From Folioceros fuciformis (Eukaryota), in contig JBNGIO010006379.1 in the NCBI GenBank assembly GCA_049999805.1, positions 330,718 to 384,314 of the forward strand: a DNA stretch of 53,597 nucleotides, in the 5' to 3' direction. How positions within the stretch are numbered: the stretch's first letter is position 1; each line of letters begins with the position of its first letter. Made by a program: the position numbers and the translations under genes. The notes below the pieces were generated by a model. It was not told the DNA's origin and made no database searches. It worked only from the letters and a program-made list of their open reading frames with translations. Below are positions 1 through 21,632 of the stretch, piece by piece.

Positions 1-816
1 CTTCCCGTGCTTAGCATGTGCAGAGATTATGGAAAACCACATGAAGACATTCGGTTTCCCTACCCTGTTGAACACATCCATCGCCTCCTTTAGCCTACCT
101 ACCTCCACATGCATACATGCGCAAGATATGGTTCCCCAAATATGCATTCGACTCGTACCCAAGTTTGACAGTGAGATCATGAACTCGTCGCCCCACCACC
201 AAATCCTTCTTAGCTGTACAGACTTTCAACACTGTGTAAAACAGAGACTGACAAGCGCCAGAGTCTGACTGCACCAGAGATTCCAGGGCTCAGAAAGCTT
301 CCCCTGATGACACAACATGCTCACGGTTGCAGCAGTCACGACGCCCGCTTCCAATTCTGCACGCCTGCCAGACCCATGCTTATACAGAGAGCTGGACTCG
401 AAAGAAGAGACTCCATGGCCCATTGGATGTGGAAGTGCTGGGTTTTTTACACTGCTGCCCCTGGAGCCCATTTCACCACCTGTACGCCTTCCAGGTTCAG
501 GATTATCTGGAGAGCTGGAGGTGGAAGCAGCGGAACCGTGATCCATCTGCATATCCAAGGAGACGAGCCTGTCATCACCCCATGCTGGCTTAAAACATGT
601 TGTCCAACCACAGCACATCGCCGGACCCCTTACGCCGGAAGTCAGGGGAACGGGAGCTCTTCTTGTCTTGTCTGTTATCCCACCACATGGTAGGGTCCAG
701 AAAAAGTTGTTGCCACAAGTGCTCCTGCTGCTCCTGGCAACTACCAGCATCGTCGTAGAGGCCTTGTAAACACACCAATTCCAATTTGTTGGGTCCACAA
801 GAGGTCCAGTTGCCAT
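1..816 (-). pseudogene. PLS-class pentatricopeptide repeat (PPR) gene, 5' part, disrupted by two frameshifts; continues past the left edge
   Basis: ORF 226..816 reads ...SMLCHQGKLSE. After a 1-nt frameshift near 286-289 it continues ALESLVQSDSGACQSLFYTVLKVCTAKKDLVVGRRVHDLTVKLGYESNAYLGNHILRMYACGGR. After a 4-nt duplication near 94-104 it continues LKEAMDVFNRVGKPNVFMWFSIISAHAKHGK. These are typical L-S-P type PPR motifs. Confidence 0.8.
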
Positions 817-1148
817 ACTGTGGCCATTGTTCAGGGACCGCTGTCGGAAGATGACTCTAACAAAAGTCTCGTCTAGGCAGATCCCCGGCAGGGTACACTG
901 TACGTATGTATGACCTCAGCAGCCTGAAGGGATGAACCGTGAGCCGTCCTGCCTGAAGGAGTGAGCCGTCCTAAAATACCTTGTGGGCGAGCTGTCGGAC
1001 TGGTGCTTCAGACCGGCTAGCCGTAAAAATCAGGTGGCCAAGTCTGGGCCCCACCGATCCACTCGTGCAGCCGTGCGATGCTTCAGGTATGACATTTCAT
1101 GACTTGTGCATAGGGATACGGTCAGCATCTACGTATGGTTTTGCATAA

Positions 1149-1207
1149 CACCGGCAACCGGTGAAATAAAGCGGCACCGGCAACCGGTGAAATAAAGCGG
1201 CACCGGC
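1149..1207. repeat. 26-bp tandem repeat (about 2.3 copies) with an internal palindrome
   Basis: caccggcaaccggtgaaataaagcgg occurs at 1149 and 1175, with a partial third copy at 1201. Confidence 0.9.
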
Positions 1208-1351
1208 TTAAGCGGCACGGTGGGTTATCGCCGCGAAAAACGGGCTGGCAAGGCAGATCACTAGCGAACTACTGTCCTTGTTCTACAGCGCACAATATGC
1301 GTATATACGATACGCATATATCTTCAATCAAATATTGACTTGTGCTGCCTG

Positions 1352-1472
1352 GAACCAAGTCCCGCTTCTTCTCTTCCACGGGCAGAACCAAGTCCGCTTT
1401 TCTTCTTCCACGGGCAGAACCAAGTCCGCTTTTCTTCTTCCACGGGCAGAACCAAGTCTCGCCGTGGAAGAA
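1352..1472. repeat. 32-bp minisatellite (about 3.3 copies) followed by a short inverted partial copy
   Basis: The unit cagaaccaagtccgcttttcttcttccacggg is repeated. ccgtggaagaa at 1462-1472 is the reverse complement of ttcttccacgg in the unit. Confidence 0.9.
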
Positions 1473-2118
1473 CTAAGCCTCGCTTCTGGTCTTCGACGAC
1501 CATAGAAGGTTTGCCATGGATTTGCCATTGCACTCCGAAGCCCTATGGATTTGAAATTTCTGAGCCTGGAGTCTGAGCCCTATGGATTTTAAGGGCTGCA
1601 GGAATCTAATGCCCATGGATTGGAAGGTTGTAGGAGCCTGAACTCCATGGATATGAAGACTGCAAGTAAGAAGGTCATGGAGGCAACAAGGCACTATAGT
1701 GAATAGAAACTAAATCCACAAAGCAACAGAAACATAGAAGCCAAGGTACTCCTGTAAAGAGAAAAACCAGGGCGTGCAACCCTGCCATTGTCTGGAAAAC
1801 ACCTGCCATTGTCCTGGAAAACACCACCTCCTAGCCGGTCAAGCCTATACTATAGGCGGTGTATGTATGATAGTTCGCGGTGTATGTATGATAGTTCTTA
1901 CAACCCGGTAGTAGACACAACCGGTAGCCGGTCAAGCTTATACTATATATGGTGTATGTATGATGGTCACATGGTTGTTATGTGGCAACTTTTGCATGCA
2001 CAGTCGTGTAAGAACAGTGTAAGTGGGGCCAGACCTGACCACCTGATTTTTACGGCTAGCCATTCGAACAGGGTTGATCAGTGACAGCCATGCCCACACA
2101 GTCTGATGTTGCTGCTGT

Positions 2119-2239
2119 CAGGACTCACGTCGGGTACCTCCAGGACTCACGTCGGGTACCTCCAGNNNNNNNNNNCAGGACTCACGTCGGGTACCTCCAG
2201 GACTCACGTCGGGTACCTCCAGGACTCACGTCGGGTACC
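2119..2239. repeat. 22-bp minisatellite spanning a 10-N gap (2166-2175)
   Basis: The unit caggactcacgtcgggtacctc is repeated on both sides of the gap. True copy number is unknown. Confidence 0.92.
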
Positions 2240-2428
2240 GCCACTTCTCTGCCTGTTCCGTGGCTCAGGAAAATGACAACTCAACTTTGTGACCGTTTCG
2301 ACGGCCTGTCTCCTTGAAATAAACTTTTTTTTCAATGGAACTTTGCACAAGATTCTTTCTGCGACTGCGGTTCAGGATTGGACGGGACTGTGCATGAAAT
2401 AAGGGGCAGGCTCTTTGTGGCAGCAAGA

Positions 2429-4822
2429 ATGTCGGGAGCCATGAAGCCGGCGGGATGTCTGTGGGCGTGGCTGCCGATGCTTCTCCTGTTCTGTATGCCT
2501 CTCAGCATCTGTGCCGCCAGCAGGTTGAAGTTCCCCAGGATTTCCGGCGGGTATGACAGGTCTCCCCAAGGCCAGGCGGAGCGCCTTATCAAGGCTCTCA
2601 ACCTGCTCCCTGGCGTGGCCGAAGGAATTGTCGATGGGGAGTTGGACAAGAATTTTCTCGAGGGGCCCAGGCTGCTTGAGAAGCGAGTTCACCTGGACAT
2701 TCAGGGCAACGCTTCCATCTCTACTGACGAGCTGGGGCAATATGCGGGCTACTTCGAGTTGGAAAGAACCCATGCTGCTAAGTGCGTTGCCGTTTTCCTT
2801 CCACTCTTTCCCCCACGGCATCTTGTTTGCACTTGCTCACGGTGTGACTCCTTTTGCAGGATGTTCTACTTCTTCTTCGAATCAAGAGGGGACAAAACCA
2901 AGGATCCGCTCATTTTGTGGATGACTGGAGGGCCAGGTTGTGCTAGTGAGTTGGCTCTGTTCTATGAAAATGGACCTTTTCAGATCACCGACGACCTTAC
3001 TCTGGTGTGGAATGACTACGGCTGGGACAAGGTGCGTTCCCTGCTCAATTGCAGGATGCCAAGTCGAGGACTTGAGTGCTGCGAAGACGAAGGGGTTGTT
3101 GACAGTTTTTGCCCTCGTGCCAGGCATCAAGCATTTTGTTCGTGGATCAGCCTACTGGAACTGGCTTCAGTTACAGTACTGATTTGCGGGACATCAGGCA
3201 CGATGAGCAAGGTGTGGCTGAGGATATGTATGACTTCTTCCAGGTATGTGTAGTAAATTTCGTGTGTGTGTTGTGGCGTTCGCTGCTTTCAGGTATTTGG
3301 ATGAGCACTTACGAGTGAAGGCTGCCTTTTTTCTTGCTTGGGGCAGGCATTTTTCGAGGCTCATCCAGAGTATGTCAAGAACAATCTCTTCATCACAGGG
3401 GAATCTTATGCTGGGCATTATGTGCCAGCGGTAACAGGTCGGCTGCATCAGGCCATAAAGATGGATGGCGCTAGCATCAACTTGAAGGTTTAAAGAAACT
3501 AAGCTTTGTCAATCCTGCGCATCTTTTTGAACCATTCCTTGCTTTCCTAAGCTCATCTCCTTCTTTCCATGCGGTCTACTTAGGGTTTCGCTATCGGGAA
3601 TGGCCTTACACAGCCGGATATCCAGTACGAAGCGTATGCAGATTTTGCATTGGATAATGGGATAATCACACAAGAGGACTACAAACGCGTGGAAAAAATC
3701 TATCCAGCTTGTCAAACCGCAATTAAACTTTGCGGTAAGTTTCCAGGTTCTGTTAAGACTATTTGTTTGTTGGAGCAATATAAACCTCTTCTGACACGCA
3801 CTGACAGCCTTCCATCTGTGTCATCTTGCTCTCAGCTTTTGCTAGTATCGCTACAGGCTTGATGTGTCCTACTTGAGTGTACGCAGGAACGGAGGGGACA
3901 ATCACGTGTCTTGCTGCATACTTCATTTGCAACAGCATCTTCAATTCTATTATAGCCGTTGCTGGTAACATCAATGTGAGCCATTGCTGAACTGGGAAAA
4001 CCTACTGGTTTGCTTTCCGGCTAGTCGGTTTCATGTTGTAGCTGCGAGAACGGGTCTCGCTAACGTCGTCATCTGCTTCCCAGTATTACGACATTCGGAA
4101 GGAGTGCATAGGACAACTATGCTACGACTTCTCAAACTTGGATGTGTATATGAACCAACCTGCCACGAGGGAGGCTCTTGGGGTTGGCAACCGGAAATTT
4201 GTGTCGTGCAGCCCCATAGTGTACCAGGCCATGCTGATCGACTGGATGCGGAACTTGGAGACTGGAATCCCAGAGCTTCTGGAAAATGGCCTCCAGCTGC
4301 TTGTGTATGCCGGGGAGTACGACCTCATTTGTAATTGGCTAGGTGCGGAAGAATCCCTTGTTGTAGAATCATTACAAGCAAGAATGCAAGTGTTGCAACC
4401 TGGCACCTCACCGTTACGTAACATTCTGCGCTGAGGTTGGAGTGTGCAGGGAATTCAAGGTGGGTGACAGCAATGCCCTGGTCCGGTCAGCAAGAGTATG
4501 CCAAGTCACCGTGGAAGCCCTTCGTGGTAGACAAGAAAGAGGCCGGTTCAATAACAAGCTACGGACCACTGACATTCCTCAAGGTAAATCCCTCCTACCG
4601 ATTGCTACATCATCGCCTTCATGCAGCAAGAGCGAGAATAATAAAGTCTTCTCTCGTGCGCAGGTCTATGACGCGGGTCACATGGTGCCAATGGACCAGC
4701 CTAAGAACTCCCTTGAAATGATCCGCCGCTGGACACAGGGGGTGCCTTTGGATAGCAGTAATCTGATAACAACCAAGGCAGGCGAGGTCGCCGGGAATGC
4801 CCAGACATTTCAGGGTATGTAG
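2429..4822 (+). CDS. Serine carboxypeptidase-like protein (peptidase S10, CPY-like, similar to the SCPL47-49 group), multi-exon
   Basis: Signal peptide, YAGYF, MFYFFFESR, LILWMTGGPGCASELALFYENGP, FVDQPTGTGFSY, catalytic GESYAG, YAGEYDLICNW and VYDAGHMVPMDQP, joined by GT-AG introns. Stop TAG at 4820-4822. The start could be ATG 2429 or 2441. Confidence 0.95.
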
Positions 4823-4952
4823 AAAGCTAGATCGTTGCTCCTTGCCAGCCGCATTGGAAGCTCACAGTGTAATTGTAAAAATGTGAAAATTCTAGAGGGA
4901 CTTGATAGAAGTACGGCAGCCTTGCCCTGCACCCCGATCGGATGCGTGTTGA

Positions 4953-5429
4953 TCATTCCTGGATTTTCACCATCTCTTGGCGCTTCTTGTACTCCGCAAG
5001 CTCCTCGAAATACACATCCCAAACGCATGTCGCACATCCCTGCCCGCAGCAGTCCCCTGGCAGTGGCTTCTCCGGAGGATCCCCGAGCTCCTCCGCCTCC
5101 GGCATGCTCTCAGACGCCTCTACCTGCTGCTGCTGCTGTTCCGGCTGCTGCTCGGCATCGTTATTCTCGGTCCCCCGATCTGACATCACGCTTCCTACCG
5201 GCAGTGACGAACGCAGCGAGCAGGGCGGGTAGATGGCCTTCTGCAGGAAGATGGCGGCAGGAGCTGGCCGTTGGTATCTCAAGCGCCAGTTCCCGATACC
5301 GATGCCAAATCCCGCCTCGATTCGGCGCAGCAGTGAAGAGCTGGCGCAAGGGAGCAGGCTCTTGGCGCCACCAAGTCGCATTGACGCGTCTCCAGCAAGG
5401 TCATGGCCTAAAGGTGGGACATGCACCAT
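4953..5429 (-). CDS. Oxidoreductase-like domain protein (OXLD1-like), single coding exon, probable organelle-targeting N-terminus
   Basis: C-terminal PPEKPLPGDCCGQGCATCVWDVYFEEL matches the Oxidored-like domain pattern (CCGxGCxxCVW). The start may be ATG 5429 or ATG 5381. Confidence 0.88.
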   Translation of the reverse strand: MVHVPPLGHDLAGDASMRLGGAKSLLPCASSSLLRRIEAGFGIGIGNWRLRYQRPAPAAIFLQKAIYPPCSLRSSLPVGSVMSDRGTENNDAEQQPEQQQQQVEASESMPEAEELGDPPEKPLPGDCCGQGCATCVWDVYFEELAEYKKRQEMVKIQE

Positions 5430-5969
5430 CCTTCAAAAATGCCTCCGCTTTAGACTTGTTAGGCAGCTTCATGTCCATTGGTGAGCCAGATGAACTAGCC
5501 ACAGACATCGGAGTATCGTGGTAAAGGAGCTAGGCATGCAAATGTCAGACAAGTAACTAAACAAGACTATCTAGCTGTTTACTAGGGGGCGACCCGTGGA
5601 CCTATGCACATATGCTACAGGCGCACTGCTTTCTTGGATTTCCACCCGATGCCAACTGAAATCCCTCGATCCTGTAGACCAATGGTATTGGCTACAACTT
5701 TCTTGCGGATTCCGTTGACACTTTAAAATTCTGCGTCCAACTTGTGCAGCAATTGCATATTTCCTGCTGCCATCTGAATAAAGCAGGAAATATTTGCACC
5801 TAATTGTGGTGGACGACGGAGGAACAGCCAGAGCGGCAGCAGCAAGCAGCAGGTGACCCAGAGAAGATTTGAATGGAAGGCTCGCTTGAAGCCTTGCGGA
5901 TTGGGTCGTGTGGGCAGCTGGGAGCACAGATTGCGAACTTCAACTTCACAGCAGCGTAGAGGCAGAGGG

Positions 5970-16179
<10,210 letters not shown>

Positions 16180-17549
16180 ACAGGTATTGGGAAGTCAGCC
16201 CCTTGTCACGATCCAGTCCGTTTTTGGCCTGTATCTGCGGGCCTACCGGTGTTCTGCACTTGCGGATATATTAGATTATGTTCTATTTGCGGATTGAATC
16301 TTTTAAATGTCTGGTTCCTTGTTTGTTGTACCTATATGTAATTCACGGCTTTCAAGTTCTTTTCCTTTTCCCTAACTTCTGAAGTGTAAATGGTCAGCAT
16401 GACTGCATATTCAGGTCACAGCGGATGAGCTGAATATGTGAACCATTACGATGTACATATGGCTATGTATGTGACTCGCTAGGCTTGTTGGGTAATCAGC
16501 CTTTCCCGTGCTGGACAGTCTTTTCATAAAGGTCAGTTTTCATAAAAAAAAATGGTTTATATGTATCACTTTCCGGTGTCGGAGTGAATTACAGTTCAAA
16601 AAACAATTCTTTATTTACAGCTGGCAAGAGGGTTTCTTTTTCCGTGATATCGCAAGGTCGTGCTGGCCTGGCTGGGACAGGGTGGAACCGTTTGGTGTCC
16701 GAAGGGCGTGAAGCAACAAACGGAGTTAACACACAACGTGGTATGGATGTATTTAGGCGTTCAGCATTTTGAACGAAGGGGAGTGCGGGGAGAGGCAAAT
16801 GCGCGGAGAGAGAGGGACGGCAGCTACTTCAAGGGCCTGACACAGGCGTCTTGGTTCTGCCCTGGATCACATGTGACGGTGTCTCTGTAGGCACGCCAGC
16901 GCATTGCACCACGCGCAGTACACCTGCAGTCTGTATGTATCTGGATGCACGGCTGGCGGGTCTTGAGCTGGTTTTGCCCTCCTGCCTGCGTCCTCGGCTG
17001 CTGCAGGGGGCGCAGCTTGCACAGTGGTTGTTTCCGAGCCTGTGCAGATCTGCCTGGGGAGCTGGTGGCTGAGGACCTGCGTGTACAGCAATGCTGGTGG
17101 TTCTCCATCGTCCAGGACTTCTCTCTCCTGCCTTATAGCGCCTGTGAGTGCAAGGACTCGGGTCGGTAGGAGGTCAAGTGTGCCGACGTTGCTGCGTTGT
17201 ACTTCAAACAGTGTCGCATTTATCCGGCGAGCATTGTACTGCGGGCTTGTTGGTGGCGCAGAGAGCTGTGGTAAGGCACCGTCAGTGCTGTCCACCTCTG
17301 TCCGTCTCTCATGTCGCCTAATGTTTTGCTCATCGTTGAGCTATGTGCAGTGTGTCATGGCACCTCCAGAGGTTTCTGGTATTATTGGTTATGCATCATG
17401 CTGGTTCCATTTTGACCATACTTCCCATCATGTGCAGGTGGTACAAAAAGGTGAGGAACTGTTGCCCGGTCGAAAACCATTGCAGGAGCTCTAGTAGTAG
17501 CGGGGTGATCCTGTGTGGAGGGCTGGTTTGGTTTGTTTGGCACTGAGAG

Positions 17550-19124
17550 ATGGATGCCAAGCAGGCCAAGAGCTACGGTGCAATGAACGGCGGAGGAGGA
17601 GGAGACTCCACTGTTGTCATCAGGATGAGGCAGCGGTTGCCTGACTTTCTGCAGTCTGTCAATCTCAAGTATGTGAAGCTGGGCTACCATTATTTCATCA
17701 CCAACGCCGTGTTTGTCTTCACGGTGCCTGTGATGCTGCTGGTGGTAGCATGGATTGCCAGGTTTGGGAAGGAGGATGTTGAGCAGCTCTGGGAGCATCT
17801 GCAGTTTAATCTCATCAGTGTGCTTGTGTGCTCTGGTGCTCTGGTTTTTGGAGGAACATTGTTCTTCATGTTGAGGCGACGGCCTGTCTATCTTGTGGAC
17901 TTCGCATGCTATAAACCTGATGACGAACGTAAGGTTTCCAGGGAGCTGTTCATGAAGTGCTCCAAGCTTGCAGGAACTTTCACTGAAGACAACCTTGAAT
18001 TCCAAAGGAAGATTATTGAAAGGTCGGGGCTTGGGCAAGAGACCTACCTTCCTCCGGCTGTGATCAGAATTCCTCCAAACCCGTGCGTGCAAGAAGCCCG
18101 CCTGGAGGCAGAGACCGTCATGTTTGGTGCTTTGGATGAGCTGTTCGAAAAGACGGGGGTGAGGCCCAAGGACATTGGCATTCTGATTGTGAACTGTAGC
18201 TTGTTCAATCCCACCCCTTCTCTGTCAGCCATGATCATCAACCACTACAAAATGCGGGGCAACATTTGCAGCCTCAATCTGAGTGGTATGGGTTGCAGCG
18301 CGGGGATCATAGCCATAGACTTGGCCAGTGATCTTCTGCAGGTTCATGCCAACTCGTATGCAATCGTAGTGAGTATGGAGAACATCACCTTGAACTGGTA
18401 CTTCGGGAACAACCGATCTATGCTGGTGTCCAACTGTATTTTCCGCATGGGTGGAGCAGCCATCCTGCTCTCGAACAAGAGGTCCGAGAGGAGGCGTTCC
18501 AAGTATCAGCTGATGACCTCAGTCAGGACCCACAAAGGTGCCATGGACAAGTGCTACCGTTGTGTTTACCAAGAGGAGGACGAAGCTGGCCGACTCGGCG
18601 TTGCACTGTCCAAGGACGTCATGGCTGTGGCTGGTAGTGCTCTGAAGACCAACATCACTACTCTTGGCCCGTTGGTCCTTCCCTTCTCGGAACAATTCCT
18701 CTTCTTCGCCACTTGGGTTGCCCGAAAGGTGTTCAGGAGGAACATCAAGGAGTACATTCCCGATTTCAAGCTCGCGTTCGAGCATTTCTGCATTCATGCT
18801 GGAGGGAGAGCCGTTCTAGACGAGATCGAGAAGAATTTGAAGCTCACCGAGTGGCACATGGAGCCCTCTCGAATGACACTCTACAGATTCGGAAATACGT
18901 CCAGCAGCTCGCTCTGGTACGAACTAGCCTATACAGAAGCCAAGAGCCGAGTCCGAAAGGGCGACCGCGTGTGGCAGATCGCATTCGGCTCCGGATTCAA
19001 GTGCAACAGCGCAGTCTGGAGAGCGCTCCGAGCAGTCAAGCGCTCTTCAACTGGCCCGTGGGCCGACTGCATCGACAAACTCCCTGTGCCTGTCCCTAGG
19101 TGTGTATCCGTTGCGAATATCTGA
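17550..19124 (+). CDS. KCS: 3-ketoacyl-CoA synthase (FAE1/CUT1-type VLCFA condensing enzyme), intronless CDS
   Basis: 524-aa ORF with [19 protein letters not shown], two N-terminal TM segments, GMGCSAG (Cys), EHFCIHAGG (His), FGNTSSSS (Asn) and [16 protein letters not shown]. Confidence 0.97.
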   Translation: MDAKQAKSYGAMNGGGGGDSTVVIRMRQRLPDFLQSVNLKYVKLGYHYFITNAVFVFTVPVMLLVVAWIARFGKEDVEQLWEHLQFNLISVLVCSGALVFGGTLFFMLRRRPVYLVDFACYKPDDERKVSRELFMKCSKLAGTFTEDNLEFQRKIIERSGLGQETYLPPAVIRIPPNPCVQEARLEAETVMFGALDELFEKTGVRPKDIGILIVNCSLFNPTPSLSAMIINHYKMRGNICSLNLSGMGCSAGIIAIDLASDLLQVHANSYAIVVSMENITLNWYFGNNRSMLVSNCIFRMGGAAILLSNKRSERRRSKYQLMTSVRTHKGAMDKCYRCVYQEEDEAGRLGVALSKDVMAVAGSALKTNITTLGPLVLPFSEQFLFFATWVARKVFRRNIKEYIPDFKLAFEHFCIHAGGRAVLDEIEKNLKLTEWHMEPSRMTLYRFGNTSSSSLWYELAYTEAKSRVRKGDRVWQIAFGSGFKCNSAVWRALRAVKRSSTGPWADCIDKLPVPVPRCVSVANI

Positions 19125-19509
19125 TCCCCGTCACCCTTATTGCTCCTGTTGCTGCCAGTGAATGTGTTTACTGGCAAATCAGAGTCTCCCCATTAGAAAT
19201 CTGTAGATAGCCCTGTCTGATGGATGTGGACTTGATGGGAAACTGAAGTGCTAAAAAAATGCTAGTTACTGTAGGTTGTTGTCCATCTCATCCAATATAA
19301 TTCTTTATCTTCTTCATGCTCATCTCTCACCCCGATCTGAGTCTCTTTTCTGAGAGTGAGATGCGAGGGACTGAGGAGAGCAGAACCTCACAACTTTATT
19401 GTATTTTTTTGCATTTTACTTCATTTTATTTCATTGCAGTTGTATCCTTGTGGTAAGGTCCCTTTCTTCCTCCAGAGTTTGTGTATAGATGAGCTTATTT
19501 GCCTTCACG

Positions 19510-19635
19510 AAGAACGACGAGTTGGGGTTGAACCTAATGGTTTGCTGGAGGAGAATGCTGAACGACGAAGAAAGTGGTGTGGAAATCCAAGAACGACGAG
19601 TTGGGGTTGAACCTAATGGTTTGCTGGAGGAGAAT
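19510..19635. repeat. 79-bp tandem repeat running into a 100-N gap (19636-19735)
   Basis: aagaacgacgagttggggttgaacctaatggtttgctggaggagaat occurs at 19510 and again at 19589, where it ends at the gap. Confidence 0.85.
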
Positions 19636-19852
19636 NNNNNNNNNNNNNNNNNNNNNNNNNNNNNNNNNNNNNNNNNNNNNNNNNNNNNNNNNNNNNNNNN
19701 NNNNNNNNNNNNNNNNNNNNNNNNNNNNNNNNNNNCTTCTTGACGTTCTAGATACGAGTGCTGCTAGCATCACACTTACAGGAAGTGACGGTGGGGAAAT
19801 CTTCACCCCGAAAATGAATAGAGGCGAGATATGAAGACCAGTGGGAAGGGCG

Positions 19853-21632
19853 TTATTGAGAAATCTGTGCAGCGAGCCTAGTCCTAAGGTCGACAGGGAA
19901 TTTGTGGATGCAGTCGGACCAGGCGCTGTTGCCCGAGTCGGGAGGAATCGTGCGCAACGCGCGCCACACCGCGCTGTTGCACTTGAACCCTGAGCCGAAG
20001 GCGATCTGCCACACCCGGTGGCCACGCTTCACCCGGCCCTTTTCCTCGGTATAGCTCAGCTCGTACCAGAGCGAGGAGCTGGAGGTGTTGCCAAACCTGT
20101 AGAGTGTCATGCGCGAAGGCTCCATGTGCCACTCCGTCAGGCTCAGATTCTTCTCCATCTCGTCCAGCACGGCCCGCCCTCCCGCGTGGATGCACAGGTG
20201 CTCGAACGCCAGTTTGAAGTCCGGGATGTAGGGCTTCGCCTTGGGGTTGAGGAACTTCCTGGTGACCAGCGACACGAAGAAGCGCAGCTGCTCCGACAGC
20301 GGCAGCACTAGCGGCCCAAGCGTGGTGATGTTTGTCTTGAGCGCATCCCCCGCCACGCTCATCAAATCCCGGCTCAGCGAAACCCCGATTTCCCCCGCCC
20401 CGAGCCCCGCGTCGTCGCTCTCCTTGTCCTCCTTCTGATACACGCAGTGATAGGATCTGTCATCCGCTCCCTTGTGCGTCCGCACCGTATGCACCAGCTG
20501 GTACTTGGCTGTGCGCCTGTCTCGCGGCCTGTTGGAAAGCAGGATCGCCGCCCCGCCCATCCGGAAAATGCAGTTGGACACCAACATGGAGCGATCGTTG
20601 CCGAAGTACCACGCCAGGGAAAGATTCTCCATGCTCACCACCACGGCATAGGAGTTGGGGTGCACCTACAGGACGGCTTGCAATGTCACATTTTGACTTG
20701 AAATGAAGGAAAACGAGTGTCGCACAAGGAAAGAAACCAACGTGCATCGGCATCCCTGCGCGTGAAGACAAGACACGGATTACAGCACAAACCTGGAGTA
20801 GATCTTTGGCGAGGTCGATCGAGATGAGGCCGGCGCTGCACCCCATCCCGCCCAGATTCACGCTCTTGATGTTGCAGCGCATCTTGTAGTGGTTGACGAT
20901 CATGGACGAGAGGGAAGGGGTGGGATTGAAGAGGCTGCAGTTCACAGCCAAAATGGCAATGTCCGTGGGCTTCACTCCGGTCTTGGCGAACAGGTCGTCC
21001 AGCATGTTGAACATGACTTCCTCGGCCTCCAATCTGGCCTCCCGCATGGTGGTTCTTGGGGGCTCTGACAGGATGGCGGTGGGCAGGTACGTCTTCTGCC
21101 CGAGCCCCGACCTCTCCACGATGCGCCTCTGGAACTCGAGGTTCTCCGGCGAGAAGGTCCCGGCTGCGCGCAAGCACTGGATGTAGCGCTGGTGCGTGAC
21201 CTGGTAATTGTCGTGAGGCCGGTAGCAGGCGAAATCCACCAGGTACACCGCCCGGGGCCGCGACATGCCGTAGAGCGTGGCGGCGAAGATGAGCGAGCCT
21301 GTGCACAGCATCACGCTCACCAGGTTGTACTCCACCTTCTGCCACAGCTGCAGAAGGGCGTGGCCGTCCATCCCCATCCGCCCCATCTCCGCGAACACCA
21401 CGATCAAAAGCGGCAGCAGCAGCAGCATGATGCCGTGAGAGATGAGCCGGTGGTAGCCCAGCTTCACGTGCGCCATATTAACGGATTGCCGCAGGTCCGG
21501 AAGCTTCTGCCTGATCTTGATGGCCACTGCCGGGGACGCGATCAGCCTCGCGACGTGGATATTCCGCTCCTCCTGCCCGCTGCGCCCACCAGAGCCATTC
21601 ATCTCCCCGTCAGCATGCAACAGGGGCGCCAT
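19853..21632 (-). CDS. KCS: 3-ketoacyl-CoA synthase paralog, two exons (21632-20793, 20665-19853)
   Basis: Exon 1 ends DLAKDLLQ|gtttgt and exon 2 starts tag|[14 protein letters not shown]. Motifs [24 protein letters not shown] and [11 protein letters not shown] are present. The first in-frame ATG is at 21632. Confidence 0.96.

Noticed and set aside
4835-5524. 229-aa plus-strand ORF, and similar long antisense ORFs over the KCS, trihelix and ankyrin genes
   Set aside because: These are shadow ORFs of GC-rich coding sequence on the opposite strand.
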